This document shows, piece by piece, positions 11,101 to 20,000 of a stretch of 20,000 nucleotides of DNA. The stretch spans positions 174,549 through 194,548 of the forward strand of contig JYFJ02000540.1 of the NCBI GenBank assembly GCA_000934665.2. The letters are read 5' to 3'. This stretch comes from Catajapyx aquilonaris. Lineage: Eukaryota. The position numbers were made by a program, and so were the translations under genes. Below the pieces are notes generated by a model. That model made no database searches. It worked only from the letters and a program-made list of their open reading frames with translations, and was not told the DNA's origin. Every line of letters starts with the position of its first letter. The first letter of the stretch is position 1.

Positions 11101-14100
11101 GGGGGGGGAGAGGGGGGAGGACCTGAAGAACCACGGGGCGTATTTCCTTCCGGAGAAAAAGCATCCGGGGCTTTTCCCGGAGTCCCAATCCGGGGAAATA
11201 ACTTCGCCTCAATTAAAAGTTCCACCCGGATCTATTGCCCGGAGGGGCTGCGGGAGATAAATTCTCCGAAGGGAACACTCAAACGGAGAAATGCGTTTAG
11301 CCAAACTAGACCTAATTACTAAACACAGACTTTTAATTAGAAGTGTGCTCAAACCTCCCTTTGCAGTTTATTACTATACAAAATAATAAATGCCCGATTT
11401 TTTTTAATGTGCAAAAAAATTTATATTAGTCTGCTGTGTACCGTATATATAGTTTCACCCAGGTGAAACTGGTTCTGCGCTTGGTTTTAAACGCGCAGGC
11501 CATCCTTGTTAATTTAAATTAGGTTTATAATTAGATTCTTAGCTCTGGCACACATTCGGTTAGGCGACATTAGCCGTGGCAGGGGGGATTCAATTTGGTT
11601 TCTGCACCGGCTCGACATTCAACGTGCCGTTAGATGACAGAATCACATATGCCGTGTATGGCACTCGGAGCAGATGATCACGTGAAAAGTGCAGCATCTG
11701 AAATAACTAAAGCGCAAAGAAATATATTAATGAAACAGTGAATCATGCGGGTGGTTTTGTTTTGAAGGGAGGACCCTGTAGCTTTTTATTTCAATAATTG
11801 CAAGTTGATTTTCGGTGTGAGGTTGTTGCAGTGTGTAAATGGAGGCAGATTTTTTAGTGAGTGCCTACCATAACAGTTCTGCTGAGTGAGTACATGTGTA
11901 GTAAGTCAGTTCAGACATGTTTGCACTGTGCTGCTAAATAAATTACTAACTATTTTTCCCTTCAACACATCATGTAGGTAATTTGAACTATTGTTGCAAC
12001 ATTGTTGTCGAGTTCTTGGCACAAACACCACAGGAACCGGGTCATTAGCGCAGGTAAACTAGATAGACGGCCTGACAGTTATGTTGTGTAATCCGTCAAA
12101 TAAATGTGTAATCCCGCGCATCGGGACGTTCATTTTTAATTACCCTAACTATATACACTTGCCGCACTACCCGCAAAAACAAGAGTCGGGATAATCTCTT
12201 CGGACAAATTGCGCACATTGGGATCGGGAAGCTTCGGACGCGAAAACTTCTTCATCGTAACAGAGTGCGGGGACATTTATTTTTTCATCCCGCCTTACAT
12301 CACCCGGGTACCAGGAAAAGCGTCCTGAATCCCGGTCCCCTGCATTTTGCAAAGTCCTCGGTAATCCCTTTCCAACACGGATTAGGTAGACTATTCCACG
12401 AGTTATCAAGCTTTGCACTCGCGAGTGGAGGATTCGTGTAGCATAGGTTCATATAAGTAGGCAGCACTATGAGAATGAAACCTCACCCTCAAAAAAATAT
12501 GAACATTTTTTTCAAAAAAAATAATCCTGCTTAGTACCTCGCGCATATACATGGCTAATGAAAGAAAGTACTGTACTTGCTTCAGGTTACGGCAGCACAC
12601 AAGCCCGGGATGTTCTTGAAATAAAATAAACCCCATGAAATGTTATCTGAGCAAATATTAATCATACCGAAGAGAGGATCTCCAATACTGGAAAATTGAG
12701 TTTGGAGGAGTTCAAGGCCGGAATCCCTGGAAGCAGATATACCTTACAGAAAATTACATCTTGTCCACGGTATATACCAGCAGTAAAAAGCATCCACATG
12801 ATTTCCCAGCACGGAATTTTATAGAAACTTCAGCAACCATAAACAGGGGAGGGGCAATAATGAAATGCTTCAGATGAATGATTAAAAGCCGGCTGCATGT
12901 TACAGCTTTATAACATGTAATGAATTTAATGATCCGAAACAAAAATTGGCGACAACGCCCTTATCAAAAATGGAGCATCACCTAAGCAGCTTCTTCTAAG
13001 TGTTCCTGTCAACTTGGCAGCGTTTCTAGAGGTTAAAGAGACGGTCGGGCGGGTCCAAAGCCCAGCTTCCAAATCGGTCTCCAGGGAGGAATCCCATTCA
13101 TCATTCTGGTGGTCACACCGAGGCGCGTGTCCGAGGTCAAGTTGGTAGCCTAAAGCATCGTGTGCTTTCCGTCCTCCCTCCCCAAAGGACCTCCTTTGAA
13201 GTTTCCTCCGACCTAATTTGTCACTCCGATGTTCCTTATGAAGAGCCTCATTAGGCAAATGAGTTTTCAACGAGAAGCAGAGTAATTGCTGGTGGTCAAC
13301 GCCCAGACCTTCATTAGATTAACTCGCGCTTTTATTATATCTGAAAAGCCAGGGTCAGCTCTTGAGAAGAAGCAGAGCGGCTTCATTTATTACCAGGCCA
13401 CGTGAGGATACTGCTGGACCAATCGCGAGTCGAGCCTGGAATAATCGACAAGGCGTCTGTCAACGCTAATTTGCCTTTTCACAGATGCATCAACTAATTA
13501 ATCTCGCCCAACTATTAATTTAGGCCCGCTAATTATTCAACAACTAAAAAAAGCAATATTCAGGGCACGAATATGCCTATCCAACGACTATTGTGTTCAC
13601 TAGTTTTTTTTTTAGCAAACAGGGCCTTTGCTGGAAACGTCACATGGTCGTGACAAAATAATTTTGGAAAACGAGGCTTCGGCTCCTAGCTTCTCTGATT
13701 AGCCCGACAGACTTTTTTTTTGGGTGGACCAGCCTGGGCTTTTATACAACAAGCATGCCGCCATTATGCTTTCCAAGAGGAAGCCTTTTATGGTGCACTC
13801 GACGGTAAAGGATCAAAGGCTATTACACCACTAGTTTCACCCAGGCCATGCAAAAAGCATTCAGGCTACCCTGCAGGCTCCTCTGCTGAAAACTTCCAGT
13901 CCAAACCCCCTACCCTCTTTTTACTATGCGAAAAGTAATAATAAAAAATATACTAGAGAGAGAGTGAACATGTTGCTTTGAATAGTTTGACGTATTTGCA
14001 GAGTAGCGCGCTTTGCAAAATTATCAATCCCAGATTTTTCTCATTTTCATAATGCGTTTGGTCGATTCTGCAAAGAGTTTCCCTTCAAGCAGCTGCTTCA

Positions 14101-14673
14101 TAACTTAACATGTCCGGGAACTAGTGTGCAAATTTTCATTGCCCGAAGTGCTTATCACGTTATTGGAAACGGAAGTAGATTCTGCACCGATTGTTCAATT
14201 TCTGAAAAGTGGGGGAAAAAAAGCTATCAACATAATAAAATTAATTTATCACATTTCTCATTTGAATTGATCTGTAAATTTCCAGCCACGTACAGCCAAC
14301 TATAGGCCCGTTTAAAACTAGGCGCATAAATTGATTAGGATTCGAGCTGGGCGGGGACGCAGTCAACATTCGGGTCTTGGGTTCAGCCCGAAGTCTGCCT
14401 CCATTTATCTTCCCTGCTACTGCTTCATGTCCGGGAAAACATGTCTGCTGTTAGCAGGCAAGAACAAAGTGTCACGTCTTGAATCCATCTCCAGCAAGGA
14501 GTTTGCGTTCCGGACCCATCTTCTCCAAACCCTCCTTCTATTCACTGCTCTGTTGTCACGTGTAGAGTCTTCCAATTTCCGGATACCCGTCACCTGTGAT
14601 TAATAAGACGCCAATAACGGGCCTAAATTTCGGATGGAAATGAGGAGAGGCCCATGTTTTAGGAGTGGAAACA

Positions 14674-14861
14674 CAGGGTGTTTACTAATCACTAAGGAAA
14701 ATAAGGAAACACCTATAATGTCGCTTGAAAGGGACGCATATCTGCCATGGTGCTATACACATTTTAAATCGATTTATCTGAGTAACGACGTTTCATAGAC
14801 CAAACGACATCTATACATAAATTGATCAGGAGTTTGTCCTTCATTATTCCGAAACACCCTG
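14674..14861. mobile_element. Decayed Tc1/mariner-type MITE (188 bp)
   Basis: Left end CAGGGTGTTTactaatcactAAGGA versus reverse complement of the right end CAGGGTGTTTcggaataatgAAGGA. TA at 14862-14863, and CA (mutated TA?) at 14672-14673. Confidence 0.6.
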
Positions 14862-15000
14862 TAAAAAAGAGTGTGTTTTGTGCGAGCCTTTTTCCCACTG
14901 TTATTGATGGAAATCGATAGTGGCAATTGGAAATGTGTGCACTCTTTTTTTTTTGTTTTAAACCCGCCTTTCACATCCGACGGTTGCTCTCTTTTTTTTT

Positions 15001-15016
15001 GGGGGGGGGGGGGGAN
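15001..15016. repeat. Poly-G tract (G14) after a poly-T run, with an ambiguous base N at 15016
   Basis: Directly visible. Similar tracts occur at 9324-9334, 9767-9777 and 11097-11108 (G), and at 4848-4859 and 16840-16852 (C). Confidence 0.9.
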
Positions 15017-17103
15017 CCAGTTTCGGACGAGAGTTTGGGTCTGTTTTTTGGGGGCTAGAGAGTGGTCGATTTTCTTTCGCTCCATTGAGCTCCAGCGCTG
15101 GAAATGGCAACACAGTCGTTAAGTGCAGGGTGGGTTGGGTTCTTTGGTCAGTTTGAAATGTGCTCACGGTTACGGTTTCTGTCGTTCTGGGATTGCGAGC
15201 TTTACCCTCCTCTAGAAGAGTTGCGCTTTTGTGGAGCTCACATTCGGCGGCTTAGCCGGTTAAACTGACGGTTCATGGTATAATTTATTAGCCATATGTC
15301 AAATAAAGAGTTTCAGACAATCACATACAACCATTAGCATCGAATTATTTGGTGCGAATTTTATTCGAAATGAGCAGAAAAAGCATTCAAATTGGGTCGT
15401 TTATTTGAGTTTGTTCTGCGGTGCGAGCCATTTTATGGCGATTGAAACGTGGCGTATCACTTTGCTGGAGGGTACTATGAATGCAAAATAATATTTGCGC
15501 AGTACCTGATTGTCATCGCATAAAAGTAAAAAGCCACAAAGGATGTCCAGAATGGGCCTCGCTCAGAGCGGATACTGTAATGAATGTAACAGATTGTGAA
15601 GTACAAAAAAAAATATGTCCAAAGCCGAGTCTAACTAATCCACTAGTCTATACAGCGTGTATTCAAAGCAATTATAGTGCTAGAGGCTACACAGTGATAG
15701 ATTGACTATCTGTCTGCTAAATGCAGCAATATATTGGAATTAGCACAGATGACATTCCCTGTGAAATAACATGCATTGTCGTGGTGCAAAATATACCTGC
15801 ATATGAACAGCTACAGTTGTGAAATTTGCATACATATGTTTTTTTTTGCATGAAACACACAATTCTCTTAACATACGAGTATAAATTAAAAAATACTGTA
15901 AATTCAAAGTCTGCAAAAAAAACCTATGCGCTGCGAGTATTAAAAATTAAGATGCCTTCTCACGAGCAAAAGTGTCAACACAACTGCACACACAGCCCTG
16001 TAATTAATTATTTTCAAGGGTATACCCACGGCTGACCAGAAGATTGATCAAACATTGCCTATCCGAGCCGATAGTTTGCACACCTGCAGCATATTGCACC
16101 CGCAAAAAAACTAAGCTTGCCCATGGCATATCCAAAATTCAGAAGAGGCCCTGGAGTTTTAGCCAGCGACGCGAGGTCAAAATGTGATAGTGCTGGGGCC
16201 AGTAAAAACACTGCAACAATCCCCATGTTGAGACTTCATGTGTGTAAAAATACACTTGAGTGCACTCCTCTCAAGTTCAAAATTGCATCACCATTGTTGT
16301 CACCAAACAAGTTCCAACAACAATGATAAATAATTGTTTCTACTTTTTTTTTTAAATTGTTGCACAGGGTGACTTTCCCTTGAACTTATGTTTTGTCTCC
16401 TTTTTCTGAAGTAGTTGCAACCAAACTTCACAAACATTTTAAATGTTTTTTTTTTATTATTTTTTTTTATGTACCCCGTTGTGGGCCTAAGCCTTATAGG
16501 GGAGTGGGACACCACCATTTCTTTTTGTTCGATTTTCTATATTTTCCAACTCCGGTGCAAGGACGAAAGGACATGGGGTAAGGATAGGGACTTTTTACAA
16601 AATATACAAACATTTTAAATGTAAGTTACATTGTTCACATTGAGATCATGCTCCAACAATTTCATCCCTCACTTTCTCCCTCGAGTATTGGACTTGCGGA
16701 CTCGCCTTGACCATCGAATGAATGAAACTGTCGACCAGTCAGCGCAATGTTTTTTTTTCTCTCTTCATAAGCGTGGTTCACTTATAACTAGATTCACTAT
16801 CCGGGACTCTGTCGCCCTGAATTTATGTCCGTGTACAAACCCCCCCCCCCCCTTTCTATCCCACACCACCACCCACTAAAAAATGGTTGAAGGGAGGGGG
16901 GGCTTTAGCATGCAGCCTGGCGGAATGTAAAGCAGAATGAGCTCTGTTTTATGCGCCGAGATAGCCATCCCTCTCCACGTATTCATTAGAGTCACTGTAA
17001 CGTGAATGTTCATTTTCTATCCCACCCTCCCATCCACCCACCCACCTTACAAAAAAAAATTTGTTTCGTTTGCTTTATTCCGACCTATACAGTTGTACGT
17101 GTA

Positions 17104-17213
17104 CAGGGTGGTGCACAAGTACACTTGAAGCTCTTAGATATAGAATAAGTGCAATCTAGCACAAACATTAAGCTTCATTGGTGTATTCAATATTTGGGCA
17201 GTGGAGCACCTTG
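17104..17213. mobile_element. Decayed Tc1/mariner-type MITE (110 bp)
   Basis: TA on both flanks (17102-17103 and 17214-17215). Left end CAGGGTGGTGCAC versus right-end reverse complement CAAGGTGCTCCAC (10/13). Confidence 0.5.
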
Positions 17214-17820
17214 TACATTTTGGCTGTGCGAATTTATATGCCATGGTTTGAAATTACTGGCCCTCTCCCTCTCCCGAAAGCGAAATCCGATCGCCGATTT
17301 CCGCGTCCATATCTGGAAAAGCAGATGCTAGACAGACGCACTTGAACCAATAGCGAAAAACCCTGATATGCAGCCAGCCAGCCCCAGCAATGGAAAGGCA
17401 GCCAGAGCGAGAGAGAGAGAGCGGCGTTCATTTGCTTTTTTTTTTTTTTTACAACTGGAGTGGCTTTTGGGCGATTGTCAAAAATTGATGTAGGCCGTGG
17501 GCGTGTTCAGACACAGGGATTGGGCATGTTCTGTTCAGCCTAGGGGCTGCGGGGCATCGGGTCCGATAGCGGCAATCTCCTGCTACTGGCACACGTACTA
17601 TACTTCATCTGATTTAAACAGCTTGACTCTGCGGGTTGCTCGGGTGTGTATGGAAAGTTCATCGTATAGGACCCTGCAGCACATAGACAGACACAGAGAG
17701 AGGTTTTCAAATTATGGGAGACACCGAAACGAACCTACTGACATGTAGTGCCGTAGCTGTCCGGACTGAAATGAAGCACCGGCTTCATTCAGGGCGTAAC
17801 AGCACTCCAGCAGCGATGTC

Positions 17821-17880
17821 CGCGGCTAGATGGCAGCATGGTTCATGGAGGGATTTTTTGCTGGTCGATAGATGGCAGTC
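17821..17880 (+). promoter_or_regulatory. Tandem CTCF-like motifs
   Basis: TAGATGGCAG at 17827-17836 and 17869-17878, resembling the CTCF core YAGRKGGCRS. Confidence 0.3.
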
Positions 17881-17958
17881 TGAACAGAATGTGTATTGCC
17901 TTATCTCGCTGCCTACACTGTTTTTGTTGATTTTTACCAACAAAAAGAATTTCAGAAG

Positions 17959-18058
17959 CATCATAAAAACATTACAAGAACATCACTACTAAGTCTCTCG
18001 TGGAACATGAATTTCTCTTGTAATGCTATGGCGATGCTCTTGTAATGTTTTTTTGATG
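17959..18058. repeat. 28-bp imperfect inverted repeat with a 44-nt spacer
   Basis: CATCATAAAAACATTACAAGAACATCAC (17959-17986) versus the reverse complement of 18031-18058, 25/28 identical without gaps. CTCTTGTAATG is also directly duplicated at 18015-18025 and 18037-18047. Confidence 0.85.
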
Positions 18059-18181
18059 TTTTTAACAGTAGGCACATTAATGAAGCTAAAAATAAAATTA
18101 CGAAAAATCGAGCCTTATCCATAACTTGTTCCACTTGTTGCTTATGGAAAGAGATGCAGTTCCCTTCTATCGCGTGTGGTA

Positions 18182-18196
18182 CAGGGTGATGCACAA
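18182..18196 (+). repeat. Solo TIR-like copy of the 17104 MITE end
   Basis: GTACAGGGTGATGCACAA (18179-18196) versus GTACAGGGTGGTGCACAA (17101-17118), 17/18 identical and including the TA. No partner end found. Confidence 0.45.
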
Positions 18197-19175
18197 CATG
18201 GCAGGGTTCAATGCCATGAATTTTTCAGGTCGGAAAGTACTAGCGGACAATAGCTGTTTTAATTGCAAGGGAACGCCAGCTGTTATGAGCTTCTAAAAAT
18301 GCGTTAGACGTTTACAATCCGCGCTGACACTATCAAAAAATTTATAGACAGCAATGAATGGGCATTAACATGTAAAACAGGCGTCACAATTGGCGATCAG
18401 GTTCGGGTTTATCTGGCCCAAAAGCCACTCTTTACCTGTCATTCGACAGTCAAAACGTCGGGTTTAAAGCCGACCTGGGCAGTCAATCATGCCCTAGTTT
18501 TCACTGCGCGTTGATCTTGGGGGGGTCTATATATACACGCAAGTGAGTTGAAATGTGCGCGGCTCCAAATGGGATCCAATTTGAAACAAACTGTGCGAGA
18601 ATGGTCCGCACCGCAATTCCATTCAGGTATATGCAAATGCCGATATTATTCAAGGCCCGCGCTAATTAGGCACCAGACTCATTGTGCCACAACAAAATCA
18701 AACTTTGGCCACAGGATTGTGAGCCAGGCATGGATCACATTTTGATGTTATTCAACCAACTTTGTTCACAGGCGACATTGACATTGGAGAGCTACATTAA
18801 TGGACATGTCAGTATGACATAATTGCAGCATACTATTTGTAACAGGTGGATTGGCAAATTTGCTTGCAGCACTGTAATGTTGGCTATTAATTAGGTGTTA
18901 TGTTGTAGGCATACGTGCAACACACCAGACCAAACATTTGCTAGGCCAGTTATGTGTTGTTAAATTGATTTTCTTACAAGTAAGTATGCGCGACAGATAA
19001 ACTCTCGAACGCAAAACCTTACGTCACTTGTAATTATCTTTGCAACTGGACCTGGTGCCAAAACTCCCAGCCATATCTGAAATCCTCATGTCTCTCCTGC
19101 GATAAGATATCGGCCAGCTGGCGGAGCTTCACACTGAATTATCAACTCCCATGGCAGCAGTTCAGGAGTTAAAAA

Positions 19176-19239
19176 ATGACCAGCACAGAAGGCCATGATT
19201 CGACCAGCGGCAGTCCGGAACCACCTAATGAGCAGGAAG
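19176..19239 (+). CDS. Coding exon 1 of a putative LITAF-domain gene (MTSTEGHDSTSGSPEPPNEQE-g)
   Basis: ATG in an A-rich AAAAA-ATG context at 19176. The 64-nt exon ends at GAAG|GTCAGG (phase 1), which matches the phase-1 acceptor at 19329/19330 and joins in frame to the LITAF-like exon. An acidic, Pro/Ser-rich N-terminus is typical of LITAF proteins. Confidence 0.55.
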
Positions 19240-19329
19240 GTCAGGGAACATAACCCCGGAAATACCTGAAAATGAGATAGTTCTGACATCATAGTGTGTG
19301 TATATTCCCGGACCCTTCTCTTTCATCAG
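19240..19329 (+). other. 90-nt GT-AG intron of the LITAF-like gene
   Basis: GTCAGG donor, TTCTGAC branch-point-like motif at 19281-19287, and a strong polypyrimidine acceptor CCCTTCTCTTTCATCAG. It contains an in-frame stop if retained. Confidence 0.55.
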
Positions 19330-19637
19330 GCGAGATCCGGCAAGATCCACAAGTAAATATACAGGATCCTCCAGTCTACGGACCCAAATCTGTGCACACA
19401 ACGTGTCTTTCATGCGGTTCCCTCGTGCACACCAAGGTGAAGGCAATTAGCAGCACTGCTTCTAAAGACGAGCTGGATTCAGGAGGAAGGCACAATACTA
19501 TCTGTAAGTTCGCATTTACAAGCTGTACTTGGGTTCTGTTCACTGAGCCTCGATGTGAAGCTCAGCTGAGTGATGTTGTCCAGGAAACACTGTACGCCTG
19601 CTTTTCGTATATTGCGAATATCATTTCTAATATATGA
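19330..19637 (+). CDS. Coding exon 2 of a divergent LITAF/SIMPLE-like (zf-LITAF-like) protein; may instead end at the GTAAGT donor at 19504
   Basis: Only one + frame stays open after the acceptor. It encodes DPPVYGPKSVHTTCLSCGSLVHTKV, matching the LITAF pattern GPxxVxxxCxxCxxxVxTxV with a PPxY motif, then a hydrophobic patch (ICKFAFTSCTWVLF), then PRCEAQLSDVVQETLYACFSYIA, which resembles the LITAF C-terminal PxCxxxLxDVxHxCxxCxxYIG. Recognised by eye; no HMM was run. Confidence 0.65.
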
Positions 19638-19718
19638 CTAGTCTTCAGCTAGTCTTCAAAGCCAATCTAAGACTTTGGACTTCGGTATCGCACCAACATG
19701 TGTAGACAGTATAGTGTA

Positions 19719-19746
19719 CAGGGGGAATCAAATAAAAACGATAATT
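19719..19746. repeat. Putative terminal inverted repeat of the mariner element
   Basis: TA|CAGGGGGAATCAAATAAAAACGATAATT lies 75 bp beyond the transposase stop. The partner TIR is outside the window, so the inner boundary is approximate. Confidence 0.7.
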
Positions 19747-19793
19747 ATTTTTTTTACAATTGTTCTACTATAATAATGATTGTGACAACTACA

Positions 19794-20000
19794 CTATTTT
19801 TCCACATAGTCCCCTTGGCGTTCAATGCAAGTGCGCCACGTGGTAGGAAGCACCTCAATACCGCGGGAAAAAAATTCTTTCGATTGAGCTCGTAGCCAGT
19901 TGCGCACCGCCACTTCCACTTCATCATTGGACTGGAACTTCTTTCCTCCTAGGTCTGCTTTCAATGGACCAAAGATGTGGTAATCAGATGGTGCTAAGTC
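19794..20000 (-). CDS. Mariner (Tc1/mariner, DD34D-type) transposase, C-terminal 68 aa, 5'-partial (continues beyond the window)
   Basis: Manual minus-strand translation from 20000 gives DLAPSDYHIFGPLKADLGGKKFQSNDEVEVAVRNWLRAQSKEFFSRGIEVLPTTWRTCIERQGDYVEK*. It contains the mariner (YSP)DLAPSDYH motif with the third catalytic Asp and the typical WxxCIxxxGDYVEK terminus, with no stops or frameshifts. Confidence 0.95.
   Translation of the reverse strand, partial: DLAPSDYHIFGPLKADLGGKKFQSNDEVEVAVRNWLRAQSKEFFSRGIEVLPTTWRTCIERQGDYVEK

Larger units (their letters stand above)
19719..20000 (-). mobile_element. Mariner-like DNA transposon, 3' end (partial)
   Basis: The transposase stop at 19794-19796 is followed by a short AT-rich trailer, a terminal sequence reading CAGGGGGAATCAAATAAAAACG on +, and a TA target dinucleotide at 19717-19718. 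Confidence 0.9.

Noticed and set aside
12672..12725. EF-hand-like peptide ERISNTGKLSLEEFKAG on +
   Set aside because: It lacks the loop aspartates and the entering helix, has an in-frame stop at 12648-12650, and has no convincing flanking splice sites. Probably chance.
11450..13845. Palindrome AGTTTCACC-CA-GGTGAAACT and the 14-mer TAGTTTCACCCAGG repeated at 13832
   Set aside because: An isolated match with no flanking similarity. About one 14-mer match is expected by chance in a window this size.
18436..18497. Three short hairpins ending near CTAG, read as a Helitron 3' end or tRNA-like RNA
   Set aside because: The stems are only about 5 bp, the hairpin-to-CTAG spacing is atypical, and there is no acceptor stem or A/B box.
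264..18745. All ORF-track ORFs before the LITAF-like gene (e.g. 264-701, 1134-1451, 9475-9933, 10409-10792, 12926-13270, 17714-17992)
   Set aside because: They are short, often start at GTG/TTG, show no recognisable domains and run through homopolymers. This is consistent with random ORFs in non-coding DNA.
19953..19997. Apparent + strand exon VCFQWTKDVVIRWC after CTTTCCTCCTAG
   Set aside because: It is the antisense of the mariner transposase ORF, and its phase does not match the 19504 donor.

Overview
This is eukaryotic, invertebrate-like genomic DNA. About 19 kb is non-coding: an AT-rich background broken by GC-richer islands rich in CCGG/GGA/TCC and often bordered by poly-G or poly-C tracts. 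Only two protein-coding features are supportable, both at the right end. (1) A small spliced gene on +, modelled as join(19176..19239,19330..19637), 123 aa, encodes a divergent LITAF/SIMPLE-like protein with a PPxY motif and the first CxxC knuckle but a degenerate second HxCxxC knuckle. (2) The 3' end of a mariner (DD34D-type) transposon lies on -, with an uninterrupted transposase C-terminus (19794..20000, missed by the ORF track), a TIR and a TA target site. It is inserted about 80 bp after the LITAF-like stop codon, in convergent orientation. Several decayed TA-flanked CAGGGTG/CAGTG Tc1/mariner-type MITE remnants, local repeats, candidate regulatory motif clusters and hairpin-rich islands are also visible. 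I found no rRNA, tRNA or CRISPR feature. I cannot demonstrate a new biological system from sequence alone. The best leads are the atypical LITAF-like gene with its transposon-overlapping 3' end, and the structured, motif-sharing non-coding islands.
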